This document shows positions 11,795-26,363 of a stretch of 64,000 nucleotides of DNA, one piece after another. The first letter of the stretch is position 1; each line of letters opens with the position of its first letter. The stretch spans positions 52,452,001 to 52,516,000 of the forward strand of contig NC_042997.1 in assembly GCF_006345805.1 (NCBI RefSeq), in the 5' to 3' direction. A model generated the notes under the pieces. That model saw nothing but the letters and a program-made list of their open reading frames with translations, was not told the origin of the DNA and made no database searches. Origin of the DNA: Octopus sinensis (lineage: Eukaryota). Position numbers and translations under genes: made by a program.

Positions 11795-11958
11795 TCACGG
11801 GGTGGTTGGCGTTAGGAAGGGCATCCAGCCGTAGAAAGACTGCCAGATCAGACTGGGCCTGATGAAGCCTTCCAGCTTCACAGACCCCAGTTGAACCGTC
11901 TAACCCATGCTAGCATGGAAAACGGACGCTAAATGATGATGATGATGATGATGATGAT
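11795..11958 (+). mobile_element. 3' tail module of an RTE-linked retroposon ending in (GAT)n
   Basis: ggttggcgttaggaagggcatccagccgtagaaa...catgctagcatggaaaacggacgctaaatgatgatgat. About 18 copies or fragments lie between 2 and 44 kb on both strands. Confidence 0.85.
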
Positions 11959-13319
11959 GATATACACACACACATACACACTACATGTGTATATAGTGTG
12001 CACTTGTATCTACGTATGCAGGTATATGAGTGTGCGTATGTATATATTGAAAATGTTTTCTTTTTATTAATGTAAAAACAGTTAACTGGAATTGCACACC
12101 ACTTTATTATATGTATACACTTTCGTGTGTGCGTGTGTACACACATATACATAATTCTGTAGTTGACAATGTAGCTGCAGAAACATTTTAGTTTTATTAC
12201 TCTCTTTAATTAACCTTTTTTAACTGTTGTATTGCTTGCCTACTTTCTTCCTTTAAACGTTTTTGCTATACCCGTACTTTTATAGCTAATATTTCACTTT
12301 ACTTGTTTTGACGGCATTTACACGCACTCATTCATATACACACGCACTCCAACACGTTTTCTCTCTGAAAAAGAGAGAATGTGTTCATTAACCACACTGG
12401 GGTAACAGGAAGTGTTAAACTGATTCATAATATGAAGTTCTTAAGTGTGTTTAACGATTTCCCCTTCAGTGTAAATGTTGCCAATTAACTCGAAACCGGC
12501 GTCTGAGTCTGGCAGAGATAGCGATGGTAGGGGATGAAAGTCTAAGCTGTCGCTTTGATCTTTGAACTGCCGTTGTTGCAGCCTCTTTGATCTTTGGCTT
12601 CGTTTGTTGTTGCAGCCATTACTGTTTTCATTGGCACTGCACTCAACCTGCCGCTTTTCTAGTTAACATCACAGCCATGGTGGACTGGGAGACATTCCTG
12701 TTAACTGTGTGTACTGGGGTCTATTTATTCGAATCCTCCCTCTCCCTAAATGTGTCCTTGAGTCTACATTAGAAATAATCACCATCATCATCATTATTGT
12801 TATTATTATTAGGAGGGGAGATCTAACAGAATCATTAGAGCATACGATAAAACTCTATGTGGTATTTTTTCCGGCTCTTTACATTCTGGTTTCAAATCTT
12901 GCTGGGCTCAACTTTGCATTTCATCCTTTCAGAGTCGATAAAGTACCTGTCAAATGCTAGGATCAAGTACCTTTCACCCTTTCAGACTCGATAAAAGAAA
13001 ATATTAATCAAGTATTGGGATCGATGGCATTGACTAATACCTCCCACTAAAATTACTGGACTTTTTTGTCAAAATTTGAAACAATTATTATTATTGTTGT
13101 TATTGTTGGTTAACACACCAACTGGGGATTCTAACAAAGTGTCAGCTGTCCATAACCAATGGACTATAAGGTAACATGTTTCATTCAGATTGAGAACCCT
13201 GCCAAGAAACCATGCTGTTCCAAGAAACACAATCTTTTGTGGATGTTCTGTCTTCACATGTACTCCTAAGTTCTGTCCATGTGAGACTTGAGCTCAGTCT
13301 TTTAGCTTTCCATATTTTT

Positions 13320-13925
13320 TTCTCAAAAATGTTTAGCAGCATTTCATCATTCTTTTATGTTCTGAGTTCAAATTCCGCTGAAGTCAACTTTGCCTTTCAT
13401 CCTTTGGATCTTTTCGGTTTGACCGGCAGTTTTTTCTAGCGATGTCATATGAAATTGTCACCCATAATTATGACCCTAGTATCGATCTATTGCATTTCAA
13501 TCTGTTTTAGGGTTATGGGTGGGGGGGAAGGGTATCTTTTTTTCTTCAGAAATGTAAATAAACCCAATCTGTTTCTTAAACAAGGGACATATTCATATGG
13601 CACAGAATGTTTTCACCTCAATAGACGTCATTGATTGGTTGAAATTGCAGAAATTGAAGAAAAAAAACAACAAATATCTTACAAACTATAGAATTTTCTC
13701 AATAAAGCCAAGAGAAAAAGATGTTTTATAAACATATTCTACCAGTATATGAAGTTTAAAAGTGTTTAGTTATGTGGAAATTATTTTTCAAAAATTGCCG
13801 TTCAAACTGAAAAGATCCCATCCGTTAAAATTTGATAAAATAAGTACCTGTTGAGTTCTGGGGTCGATGTAATCAACTATTCTCCTCCACAAAAAATTCA
13901 GGCCTTGTGTCTATAGTAAAAAGGA
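13320..13925 (+). mobile_element. SINE family 2 copy interrupted by a MITE
   Basis: The SINE body breaks at tttcatccttt (13405) and resumes as catccgttaaaatttgataaaataagtacc (13819 onward). Confidence 0.85.
13406..13818. mobile_element. MITE with GGATC termini and 8-bp TSD (Merlin-like, inferred)
   Basis: TIR ggatcttttcggtttgaccggcag / ttgccgttcaaactgaaaagatcc; TSD catccttt / catccgtt. Reverse-orientation sister of 36384-36795. Confidence 0.85.
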
Positions 13926-15595
13926 TTATTATTATTATTAGTGCATTGAAGTTGATACAAATGATAAGGAATTGTACTAAATAGATTGTTCAATGACTCA
14001 TATTTTAGAGCAATTTTTGTTTTCACTCCCTCAAAGGTTTATATATAAGTATCAGTAAATAATGGTCTCGATTCAGTAAACTGCACCCATCTTTTGTTAA
14101 GGTTATTATTAAACTGACTTGATGTTTCCACCTTTTCTTTTTTCCTCATTCACATCTAATACAATATATTAAATGTAATGAAAATATCTACTGCTCTTTG
14201 TAAAAGTGTAGCTTAGTGGGTTCTATCTGCTTCTCTTGTAATCTCTAATTGAAGACCCCTTAAATTTGTCCTGTATGTATTTTACCCTCACTCTGACCTA
14301 CACTTATTATCAGTCTCTTTCTTTTCTTCTTCATAAATCTAATTCATTAATGACTTACTCTTAAGTCATACATATAAAACAAACAGTTTGCATAATTTAT
14401 TGGAAACTATTTCTGTAATTAGTGAAACATTAAATGGACACTTGTTTCCCTGGCTCAAAGTTGAATAAAGAAAGCACAGAAGAGTATTGAGTGTGCTGTT
14501 ATTGTTGAATAGGAACTGTTTAATTATTGATTGATAATTATTCGAATCATTCTGGATGCGGGCTGTATTCTAATGACTCATCACACGTGAAAAACTGAAT
14601 AAAATATGCATATGTGTGGGTGTATTGAGTTTAAAGGGATCTTTCATTACAGCTTTACAAGTGAAGTAACAAGAACCAACGAGGTTACACTTTTACACAG
14701 AGGATAAATATGAATATTTTAATATTGTGTACAAATATTTTCACTAGATTACCCTCAAGTCAATGAATTAGATATAATTTTAATTCGTTTTCTTTTTCTA
14801 TAATTAATATGTTTAGAGAGCTAATTTTTAAAGCTTGTGTATAGGTACAAACTATTCTGTAATAGTCATCACCATGAACAATAGGTGCATATGACTAGAA
14901 ATATGAATTAAAGACTTTTATTCAATCAGTTATATTCATGCCAGTCTGTTGAAAGAGAGTTAACTGATGAGATCATCAAACAACTTTATTTCTGAAAACC
15001 TAACAAAGCAGCTGGACCAAATAGTATTCAGGCTGCTACTACTGCTGCTGCTGCTGCTGCTACTACTACTGCTACTCAAAAATAGTCTACTTCTATAATT
15101 AAATGGTCTCCCTACAATCAAACTCTTCAATAACTTTTAATCTGCAATCAGTAATAATCCTTAATTTACATAGTTGAATGATTATCAATTTTCAGGAAAC
15201 AAAATGTTGATATGCATTTCAGCGCATTTTTGTTGTTGTTTATCTTCAAACTAACCTTGTCCAAGCATACCATTGAGCAAAGTCCTTCCTGTTGCTAGTG
15301 GCCCATTTTAAGATTGTATAGGACTGTTTTTTTACTGTTCTTTCATCACTTGATATACTGAGAGGATATAATATAAAGGAATTTGATGGCTGAACTATCT
15401 TCTCTCCATAATGAACAGATTGTTTCCTGCAATAAATACATGAAAATCAAACCTTTTCATGGACCCTCAAAATACTACTGTGGATTCTCAATTTACTATT
15501 TTGCTAGTGTGGACCCCCAGGGGTCATACAGACCCTGATTGAGAACTACTGATCTGTACAATTACTATACAAAATCTCCATCTAAGAGTGTTTAA

Positions 15596-15896
15596 CCCTT
15601 TAGCATTTAAACTGGCCCTATCGGACCCAAATATTCTACCTGTTTTATGTTCAAACCAGCCAGATTTGGCCACTCACATCATCAAAATCTGAAAGCTGTG
15701 AGATAATGTATGATTTAATTCCAAACAGGAGTGGCTGTGTGGTAAGTAGCTTGCTTACCAACCACATGGTTTCAGGTTCATTCCTACTGCATGGCACCTT
15801 GGGCAAGTGTCTTGTACTATAGCCTCGGGTCGACCAAAGCCTTGTGAGTGGATTTTGTAGATGAAAACTTTAAGAAGTCCATTGTATATGTGTGTG

Positions 15897-15944
<48 letters not shown>

Positions 15945-16296
15945 AATATATATATATATGTATGTATATATGTATGTATGTATATATGTATGTATGTATA
16001 TATGTATGTATGTATATATGTATGTATGTATGTATGTGTTGTATATGTTTGTGTCTGTGTTTGTCCCCCCACCATCGCTTGACAACTGATGATGGTGTGT
16101 TTATGTCCCTGTAACTTAGCGGTTTGGCAAAACAGACCAATAGAATATGTACTAGGCTTCCAAAGAATAAGTCCTCAAGTTGATTTGCTTGACTAAAGGC
16201 AGTGCTCCAGCATAGCCGCAGTCAAATGACTGAAACAAGTAAACAGAATGTGAATACAAGCAATACATTTAACAGAGTAATCTGAATGCTAAAGAA
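15596..16296. mobile_element. piggyBac-like (TTAA) MITE split by a SINE
   Basis: TTAA|ccctttagcattt...atctgaatgctaaagaa|TTAA. The two halves match the reverse complement of the intact copy at 41099-41317. Confidence 0.7.
15728..16245 (+). mobile_element. Full-length tRNA-derived SINE, family 1
   Basis: tRNA-like head (ggctgtgtggtaag, ggttcattcc), gcaccttgggcaagtgtct CORE-like domain, internal (TA)/(TATG) microsatellite and conserved tail. Confidence 0.9.
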
Positions 16297-17541
16297 TTAA
16301 AATCTGAAAGCAGCAACCAAAGAGATAACTCTATAAAATAACTTAAAATGTAGGAAATTCAGTGTGGTAGTTAAACAAATGGACAAGATTCAGGTTCATT
16401 GGCTCTCTTCAATGAAGTATATTCTACTTATTTGGCAAGTGTAAGACTGATCAATATACATATCTGGTTAAGAAGTTTGCTTTTCCCAGCCACATGATTT
16501 CAGGTTCAACCCCAGTGTGTAGCACCTTGGGAAAATGTCTCCTGCTATGCCCTTGGCTTCCCAAACCCTTGTGTATAGGTTTGACAGGAACTGAAAGAAG
16601 CCTGGTGTGTGTGTCCTTGTTTTGACATTGCATGATTGTTGTAAATGAATGTCATTAATTTCCAAAATTCTGCAAAAACAATTGTGGCCATGGAAAAATA
16701 TTATCTTGCTTGGAAACTAGTAAGGTTGGCAACAAGAAGGGCACCCATCTCCAATAGAAATTTCTCTCAATAAATTCTGTCCAACACACGCAAGCATAAA
16801 AAAAAAGCAATGACTGATATATATATATGTTCATTTTCTATGCTGGCAAGGGTTGGATGATTTGATAGAGGCTGGCAAGCCAGAAGACTATACCAGGTTT
16901 CACTGTCTGTTTTTGGCTTGGTTTGTACAGCTGGATGCCCTTCCTAATGCCAACCACCTTAGAGAGTGGACCGAGTGCTTTCTACATGGTTCCAACTCCA
17001 GCAAGATCTGCTTTGGCACAGTTTTTATGGCTGGATGCCCTTATACTGATTATATCAATATGCACGCTTGCACACACACACACAGATGTATATATTTTTG
17101 CTATTCATAAACGTAATCTCTACTTGTTCTCTATTTCTGCATAATTCATTCAATCTCACTATTTATGAAGGCAAGGTTGAATGCATGCTTATCAAATATA
17201 TTTATGGGAGTTACTTACAATTTTATTAAGCACATGTTATCTTAGTATTTATTGTCCATATGTTCTGCCAGCCAAAGTATCAATAATATGTATCAATGAG
17301 TAAAACTGGTACTTGTTACTTGTAGCATTTTTATAAGTAGTCCTACATCTCTTCCTTTTCTTCTCTCTCTCTCTCTATCTCTCTCATGAACACAAGGAAA
17401 CAGCTTTGAGAGGATTGAGTAGCCAGGTAGAGCAAGTCCGTTCTTGGAGTAGTCTACTGTTCTACAGAGAACCTTACAGTTGTGCTATAGGGTCTGTTTA
17501 ATCAGCAAAGCTAAATGTGTGTGTATGTGTGTGTGTGAGCT

Positions 17542-17895
17542 TCATCATCATCATCATCGTTTAACATCCACTTTCCATGCTAGCATGGGTTGGACGGTTC
17601 GACTGGAGTCTGAGAAGCCAGGAGGCTGCACCAGGCCCAGTCTGATCTGGCAGTGTTTCTACAGCTGGATGCTCTTCCTAATGCCAACCACTCCGTGTGT
17701 GTAGTGGGTGCTTTTTACATGCCACCGGCACAGGTGCCAGGCGAGGCTGGCAATGGCCGTGATCAGTTGGTGCTTTTTACCTGCCACCGACACAGAGGCC
17801 AGTCAAGGTGGAACTGGCAACGGCCACGTTCAGATGCTTCTTTTACATGCCACCGGCACTGGTATCACAACTGCAATTTGCATTGATTTTTGATC
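17542..17895 (-). mobile_element. RTE-linked retroposon 3' module with internal tandem subrepeats
   Basis: Starts catcatcatcgtttaacatcc; contains three gtgctttttacatgccaccggcac-like units. Confidence 0.85.
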
Positions 17896-19004
17896 CATTT
17901 CGATTTCACTTGCCTCCACTATGCTAAAATATATTATCAATGCATAAACTCTGACTCAATAACATTAGCTATTCTACTATATACACACACACACACACAC
18001 GCACATTTGTATAGGCACAGGTATACCTTTGTAATTAAGATGTACATTTTTCCAATGTGATGCTCAGTAGAAGCGGAAGCAAACCTGGAGCCATATGAAA
18101 ATTGAAGATCTTAACTATGCAAGTATGGATGTGGCATTTTAAAGTACATGTTGAGTATATTGTCCTTATGGCCATTATTATTGCCTCAGTGATAACAACA
18201 ACACACTAAGGATTAGAAATAGACTACAGAAAAATCTTTTATCTGATCACCACTTACATTGATAGATTACTCAGCTGTTCTCAGTTGATTTTGTCCCCAT
18301 TATATTAATCAAAATCAAAATTGATCAGCAGCACACTGTTTATTTTATTTTTCTAATGAAGCAAATGTATATTTTTTTGAGGAAATTACCAATTATATTT
18401 TTCTTATTGCCTTCATGCAGTTCTTTCCAACAAGAATTATAAAAAAAAAAAGATTATAAGATTATTTAAACATATGACTAGATAATAATAATAATAATAA
18501 TAATAATACATAGAAATCCTTCAGCATTTTTGATATCTGTAGGCTTGACTTAAAAATCCCCATATGAATATAGATTTCCTGATGGATATGTGCAAAAGTT
18601 TTAGCATGATTTGTTAAAATATCATCCAGTCGGTAAGTTTTCTTTGATTTACTTCTCTTAATAGAAATCCCACTGGCATGTTTTATTGCCTTCCGCCAGA
18701 CTTTTCCTGATCTTGTGTTTGCCAAGGAAGATTTACAAATAAACTGATGCTTATTAAAAAAAAAAGAAAAAGAAAAGAAACTTGCACTGTCAGTTGCTGG
18801 TACAGTTTTCACTCCAGCGTCTGGAAACTGACTAAATTTGGATTACTACTTTATCATAATATTCTCTTCAATTGATAAGTAGAGAATGACAGTGAATGTT
18901 GAGAAAGCAATTTGGTAGACATATTTCAATATGTGCTTACTCACTAATAGTAAAGAGATGCCATACATTATCTATCTATCTTCATATATATGTATATAAT
19001 ATGA

Positions 19005-19300
19005 AGGGAAAGTTTACGAAAATAAACAAAAGACGAAGGCAGGTGGAGTACAAACAAACAAATGTATTAGTATAGCGCTCAGGAATAGAAAAAGTCCTGA
19101 CTTCCGTATATCATGGCGTCCTGACTATGAATATAAAATGTTGCTCAATGCTTGAAACGGGGAGTAGATAGACAACCGACAACTGATGAAGGATCGTTTT
19201 TTTATGTTACTTGTCTTATTTTCCATTTGTTTCTCTCGTTGTTTGCATATATTTGCTTTCGTACTTCATGCTGTTTACTGTTGGTGACGTCTGTACCCAT
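19005..19300. mobile_element. Abutting PLE-like terminal fragments (family B, minus strand, plus a second unclassified fragment)
   Basis: 19005-19106 is the reverse complement of the 2690-2788 tail. It is followed by a segment with caactgatgaagg and a T-rich tail that lacks a downstream GAAAC. Confidence 0.5.
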
Positions 19301-19314
19301 ATATGCATATATAT

Positions 19315-19347
<33 letters not shown>

Positions 19348-19509
19348 TATTTATATTGTTATTTGATTGAATGCCATGCATCCATTTCCAAGTAACTTTA
19401 TATTATATATATATATACATATAGAGAGAGCGAGAGAGAGATACAAACACATGCACACACATACACACACACACACACACACTCTCTCTCTCTCTCACAC
19501 ACACACATA

Positions 19510-20578
19510 TAGGCTGTGTAAGATATTTGAGGACAGATAATAACTTTATTTATCAAAAAATTCTATGAGGATTAAAAATAAATCTTCTTTTCTATAATGT
19601 TATTCAATAAAGTCACCTTCAGCTTCAACAACTGTTTCTATATCAGATTTAAATCATCTACACTCTTGAATCAAGTGGTCCTTGTTCATTTTGGACATTC
19701 CTCTGACTATGGCAGCTTTCATAGAATCTTTGGTGTTATGGGCATGTTCATTGACCTCTCTTTCAACAACACTCCACATGTAATAGTCCAATGGATTGAA
19801 ATCTGGGGAATTAGGAGACCTAATGTTAGGGGTTATGTGATCATGAAAATTTTTAGCCATCCATTTTTGTGTTACTAGAGCCATGTGTGATAGCGTGGAG
19901 TCTTACTGAAAAACATGGCCTTCCATTGCATACACTGTCTATCCAGGGCTTAACAGTTGTTTCCAGGACCTCAATGTAGACTTTGTGGAAAAAAGTTAAG
20001 GAGGCATCACGTGTCCTTCATTGCTGACAACTCCTAAAACCATGGCAGTTTTAGGAAATTTTGTATGCATAACACTTGGAACTTCAGAAGGGTCTGAACA
20101 TAACCATCTGTCATTTCTTCTGTTAACTTTTTGATCTTCATTGAAGTTTTTATTGTTTAAGAAAAACCAAATCAAATCTTCTGCTGCTGTCTTCATGGAC
20201 AACATTTCTGACTGTTCCTTCTGACACATGGAGATCTTTTGCAATTGACCTCATGGACTGTTGCGCTTGCTGGATAAATTCAAGTGTTCTGATGATTTCA
20301 GAGTGTTTAGAATGCTTTTTATGCTTTGATACTGGTGATACGTTTCCATCTTCAGTCTCTAATTCCTTACAAACCTTGTTGATGAAAGATCTGGCAACTT
20401 TTAAAAGTTGATATATTTCTAAATCACTATGCTCAGCCTTTATAACAGCATACCTCTTCATTTCCTGAGTAAGCTGAGGGTTTGGCATTATTATTTTCTG
20501 AAACAAAGATTATACAGAGTTAGCAAAAAATGCAGCAATGACCCCAAAAAGGTATGTCCTCAAATACCTTATGCACCC

Positions 20579-20580
<2 letters not shown>
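19510..20580 (-). mobile_element. Near-full-length Tc1/mariner (maT-like) transposon, frameshifted transposase pseudogene
   Basis: 26-bp TIRs taggctgtgtaagatatttgaggaca / cagggtgcataaggtatttgaggaca (21/26). Three overlapping minus ORFs give an HTH-like N-terminus, KVNRRNDRWLCSDPSEVPSVMHTKFPKTAMVLGVVSNEG and SPNSPDFNPLDYYMWSVVERE. Confidence 0.92.
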
Positions 20581-20630
<50 letters not shown>

Positions 20631-20973
20631 TATGTAATTGCATATATAGATATGCATATATGTGTGTGTGTGTGTGTGTATCTAAAGCCTACTATAATTA
20701 TAGTAGGCTTTAGATATACATTTTTCCCTAAATTCATTCTGCCACAAATATAGCAAAAGGAAACAATGAAATTATTTTGGTTTCTAGTACTGATGTAAGT
20801 TGTGCTACAAAAATGGTTTATCCTTTATATTGGAAATCTATACATTTCGTCTGCTTCTGAGGAGTTTTTTTTCAAATTGATGTGATGTAATGTTTTCGTT
20901 GATTGATTAAATGGAGCCTCTTGAAACAGCCATAATACATTGTTACCTGGACATCCTTATTACTTATTTGCTT

Positions 20974-21052
<79 letters not shown>

Positions 21053-21708
21053 CATATATATATATATATGTCATGGTCGTCATCATCACCATTTTAATGT
21101 TCATTTTCCATGCTTGCATGGATCAGATAGAGTTTATTAAGGCAAATTTTATTACTACTAGGTGCCCTTCCTTATGCAAAATTCCATGTTTCCAAGCACG
21201 ATAATATTTCTGCATGGCCAACTATGTTCTTGCAATATTTGGGAAATGAATGACATGCTGGTATGACAACCATTTACAACAATTATGTCATGTCAAAACA
21301 CACACATGTGTATATATACACATACATGTGTGTGTGGCCACATGACTGACCAGGCTATCAGATGCTGTTATACATTGCTGGTCACAATGCACTTTTGCAT
21401 TGTTTTAGCCTTCAAATGACACGACCCTGCTGGTTAGGCAAACAGGTGAACATTTCCCTCTGATCGAGAGGTGAGGGCTGGAGCAATGTGAAATGAAGTG
21501 TTTTGCTCAAGAACGCAGTGCTGTCCGGTCAGAATTGAACCCACAATCTAGCACACCTTCACATTATATATAGTCTATCGTGTGTACACACACACACACA
21601 CACATACATGTTAAAGAATGGGTAGCAAGCAGAACCTATTGTTCCTGAAAGTTGTTTTATATGTACTACGGTTTGCTTGAAACTAACCTTCTTCCTACAC
21701 CTCATTCC

Positions 21709-21739
<31 letters not shown>

Positions 21740-22375
21740 CCATAGATGACATTCAGAGATCCTCTGTATAGACAACTCTTAATAGTGCTCAAAAGATTCA
21801 AACTTAAACTCCAATGTGTTTAAAGGTAATCGATTCCACAGGATATAAAAAAGGCTATAAGAGGGATCAACTTGAGCAGGTATAGAGGCAATTATGCAGA
21901 TAAACGAATCAGTCACATTGAATAAATTAAATATTTTAAATATAATAGTTTGAGTAAGAAATACAAAATAGGTATATATGTATACATGCAAAACAAGAGA
22001 AGGCAAAAGGTGGAGACTTTCAGATGATGAGTTTTTAAGTATAAATATATAGATATCGATATCAACAGATCCAACTTACACAGAGTACAAATGATAGAGA
22101 AAATTAAAGAGGTGAAAGAAAGTCCAACTGCTGTTTCTAGGGGCTCAGAGATCCATAATCATATTGGTAAATGTAGTTCATCACAATATGTAGCTATATG
22201 GATGTAATTAATATGGGATAAGATGATGGACTTCCACAGTTTCTACCAAATTCCCCAAATACACTTACAAGGCATTGGTCAGCTCAGGGTTATAGTAAAA
22301 GAACCTGCCCATGGTTCCACACATGTGGTTGCAAACCAAGTTTCTTAACCATGTAGTCATGCCTTCACCTGTGTT

Positions 22376-22406
<31 letters not shown>

Positions 22407-23053
22407 CACCGTCATCATCATCATTTAACAGCCATTGTCCATGGTGGCATGTGTTGGATGGTTTGACCAGAGCTAGCGAGCTGGAGAACAGCACTAGACT
22501 TTAATCTGATTTGGCATGGTTTCTATGACTGGGTGCCCTTCCTAACGCCAATCACTTTACAAAGTGTTCAGGGTACTTCAATGTGGCACCGCACAGGTGC
22601 TTTTACATAGCACCACACATGTGTTTTTCGTGGCACTGCACAGCCATTTATACATATATATATATAGATATAAAGCACAGTTGCAGTCTATCACCTGTAA
22701 TTTCAGAGTAGGTTAAAGTAATTCTTAGTAATTGGCCTATATAAACTTTGACTTTAATAGTTTTCCTTCATACACTACAAAATTTTCATTGTTGTTATGT
22801 CTTTATCACCATCATCGTTTGATGTCTGCTGTCCAAGCTGGTATGGGTTGGACAGTTTGACAGGAGCTGGCCAGGCAGGAGCCTACACCACACTTCTGTG
22901 TCTGTTTTGGCAGGGTTTTTGCAGCTGGATGCCCTTCTTAACACCAACCACCCAGCAGAGTAGACTGAGTGCTTTTTATGTGGCACAAGCACTGGCGAGG
23001 TCAGTTTTAGCAAGGTTTTTACAGTTGGATGCCCTTCCAAATACCAACCACTT

Positions 23054-23087
<34 letters not shown>

Positions 23088-23472
23088 ATATATATTATAT
23101 ATATATATATTGTTGACATCCTACAAGCAGTCTTTGACTTTTTCAATCCAAAGAGGTTTTTAACCCAATATTTACACAGTAGTATAGAGCTTATCTGCTT
23201 CAAGATCCAACATTTCAAAAAAGATACATATGGTAGCATTTTGTGGTGCCAGTTTTAATGACAAAACTTTGAAATAAAAAGTCACTATCAATATTAAATA
23301 TTATTTGAACTCTCTAACTGCATTTAAATCCTTTATTTGGTGCATGTTTAGTATATCAATTACACAAAGCTATTAAACATCGCACACACACACACACACA
23401 CACACCTACACATATAAAAGTCTGAAGCTCTACTGACTAAGCTATGCAGATCTGATATAAATGCACACACAT

Positions 23473-23503
<31 letters not shown>

Positions 23504-24429
23504 GTGGCAATCAACTCATTTTTGTATACAACCACTTCTTAGAGATGGATTGCACTTCTTAAAGAACAGCAGCAATGAAGGAATGCAGGCAGGCAGACAT
23601 ACATACAGACAGACAGACAGATATGTACATAACTAACTAATTACATTAGTTACTTGTTGTCATCACCCATAGTCACACACTTCATTCTGCTCTTCTTTTT
23701 CTATATTCTTAGCCCATGTTTTTAATTCCTAGTTACCATTTTTACTTCCTCACAGTTCAATGTGTCTCTGAGATTTCCATTACACACCAAATGAATCATA
23801 CAACTATCTTTATTTGTTGCCAGATGCTTGTATCCATTTTACAGTGCACTATAATATTTCCAACACATGCTAAACCTTTTTTCCTGTTTCTACATGTATG
23901 CAAGGATAATATATGTGCATATGTGAATTTATGGGTGTGTAGTTATGTGTGTATATAATCACCCTCATATTAGTTATGTATGTGTTTACATATACATTCA
24001 TACACACAAGCCTTCTATCCCAAGATTAATTGTTGCTTTTTCTTTTTCACTCTGTAAATATTATTATTAATAACAATTAATAGTTCTACTTAGGAATTAC
24101 TTTTGTACAAACAAATCTAGCTTGCCTAATGGTTTGTTTATAATCTCTAGATTTTTGGTGGTATATAAGGATTTTGTAAATTCTCTTGATCTTTTCATTT
24201 ATATTTTCTCTCGTTATTTTCATTACTTAGAATTAGTTAAAGAAACATAACTTCAATGATAACCATACATTGTGGACATTCATTTGAACAAATTGTATAT
24301 ATTGTATGAATCGGTGATAAGAAAATGAAACGAAAGAGGTTTTTCATGGTGTTCAGAGCATTAAGTTTCTATAAAGCTGCCTCTACAGTATAGATGGCAT
24401 CTGTAAGCTTTGAAGAATATGGAGAGTTC

Positions 24430-24900
24430 CTATGGAGGCAGAAGATGATGAAGAACATCTTCTGAAATGGCTGTGAAGTCCAATCCTTTGCTGCAGATCT
24501 GGCATATAAAGGCCAGTGCTTCTTTTGTGGATTTTCTATGGAATGATGTATCTTTCTCATGATAATGTTGTTAATTCAGGTTTTATGAATGTTTTTCTTT
24601 GCCTTTTAATCTCTGTAATATTTACTGCTTCCATAGTTGCTTCCCAGGTTATAAAGTTGTGTTTATCACATTTATGTTATGCTTGTACACATCTTTATTT
24701 TACAGATGTGAGCAACTTTTGTCTCTTGCTCCAGAAGCCAGTTCACCAAATAGGTCTTTAGGAAATCAACCATTAACTATACAATGGACATGTTTAAGTC
24801 ATCAAAGATGGCAGAGAAAGCAAAAATGAGGCAATTCCTTCCCTGGTAGTATGTTGGCACTGCAGATCTTGTCCTACTATTTGATCCCAATAATTCTGCA
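24430..24900 (-). mobile_element. Decayed 3' end of an RTE-clade LINE ORF
   Basis: Minus-strand pieces HVHCIVNG*FPKDLFGELASGARDK and QRIGLHSHFRRCS match the RTE C-terminal GHV..R.PK..L.GEL..G and RIGL.SH.R.C motifs. Confidence 0.75.
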
Positions 24901-26330
24901 CCTTATGAGGCATGTAAAGTTTGTGTTTTTGTGAAAAGTTTGTTGTCTATGACTACTGCCAAACATGTGTGCTAAACTCAGGGGTTTGAGAACATCTCAA
25001 CTTTGGTAAATATTCTAAGCAGTTTATTCTCTCATAGTTTCTTAGTACATCTTGAGAGAATAGTAGCTGTTGTACCAGTGTTCTTCTTCAGTTTTGCACC
25101 TATAACAGGGTTATCAGTAGCAGTAAAACTAAGATATTGAAACTCATGTGTCATGTTCTGTTCATCTTATTTGATTTTTAATCAAGGAAGAGATGAAATT
25201 CTTCATTCCATGATTTGGGTCTTCTTGATACTAATTATGTGATCAAATAGGTTTCAAGTTCCTATTAGAGTCCGTCTGGGGGAGGAATATGATGAAGTGG
25301 CCTTCTCAGAATTTGAGGAGATAACTGCATCAAGGTTTGACTTTTAGTCTGTGTGTAATGTAGAGCTGACCATCAGAGCTTGAGTGAAGGCGAGTACTAT
25401 CAATTAAAGACTTGAATGAGTATTTCAGAAACAACACAAAAAAGATTAAAATTGTCAGGGCAAGGAACACATCCTTGCTTGATTGTTCTCCCATCCAAAT
25501 TCTCTAAACATAGATTCATATCCAACTACAGAAATAGTTTCCAATAAATAATGCAAACTATTTGTTCTGTGTATATCTAACAGTATCAACTATCATAGTT
25601 GTTTCAAGTTAGTTATTATTGAATTAGATTCATGAAGAAGGAAAGCAATCACGAAGCAGTCGCACTATAACACATAACTAGAAGTCAGTTAGTGAGTACA
25701 TGGGTATTTTCACATAATGGTGGGCCTACACCTCTAAAAGCAGACCACCACTTGAGTTCTTGATAAGTTTTAACCTTGAGCCACAAGACACCAGGAGGTA
25801 TTACCTAAATGTTGTTTCTAGAGAGGTTATGTACTGTTAAAGGAAGACTCACATGCTCAGATGTCCCTTTCATATAACTCCCAGCAGTGAAAACGTGAAA
25901 GCTGGAAAGTAACAAGCTCACAATTCATGTACAAGATACATCACATTTATCTTACACTTTATTCTCAACAACCATTTTTGAAACGGTATATTTGTAATAT
26001 ATTTATATCAACCTACTAAGACCATAGGAAATTAAAGACAAGTTAGAGTTTTGAAGATATTTATCTGTATCAATGGAGCTAATTTCTTTTTTCAACTTGC
26101 TCTTGCTCTCTCTCAACTTCTCTCTTCTTTCTTTATTTCAATAGTCAAAGTAGGGTGGATATCACTCCTGACTTTTCTCAAGGGCACTGAGACTAGTAGG
26201 AATAAGTTATGCTCAAACAGGAGACCTGGCTTCAATGTTTGCAACAAAGTAGTCTCCTCTAAAGGCATTTTCCCATAGCTAAGATGTTAAATTGGGCACT
26301 GGATTAGATAATCTGCCTAGGAAATATCTA

Positions 26331-26363
<33 letters not shown>

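Noticed and set aside
18462-18812. 116-aa minus-strand ORF with a protein-like middle
   Set aside because: No recognisable domain, weak donor, both ends lie in simple repeats, and the best splice signals here are on the opposite strand.
19165-19200. ctgatgaagg hammerhead-like start
   Set aside because: No stem II closure or GAAA downstream. The same applies to ctgatga/ctgaaga hits at 7080, 11860, 33510, 54727 and 61235.
21780-22200. Possible PLE GIY-YIG C-terminal remnant
   Set aside because: Only vague similarity (EAIMQINESVTLN); no ribozyme and no RT nearby.
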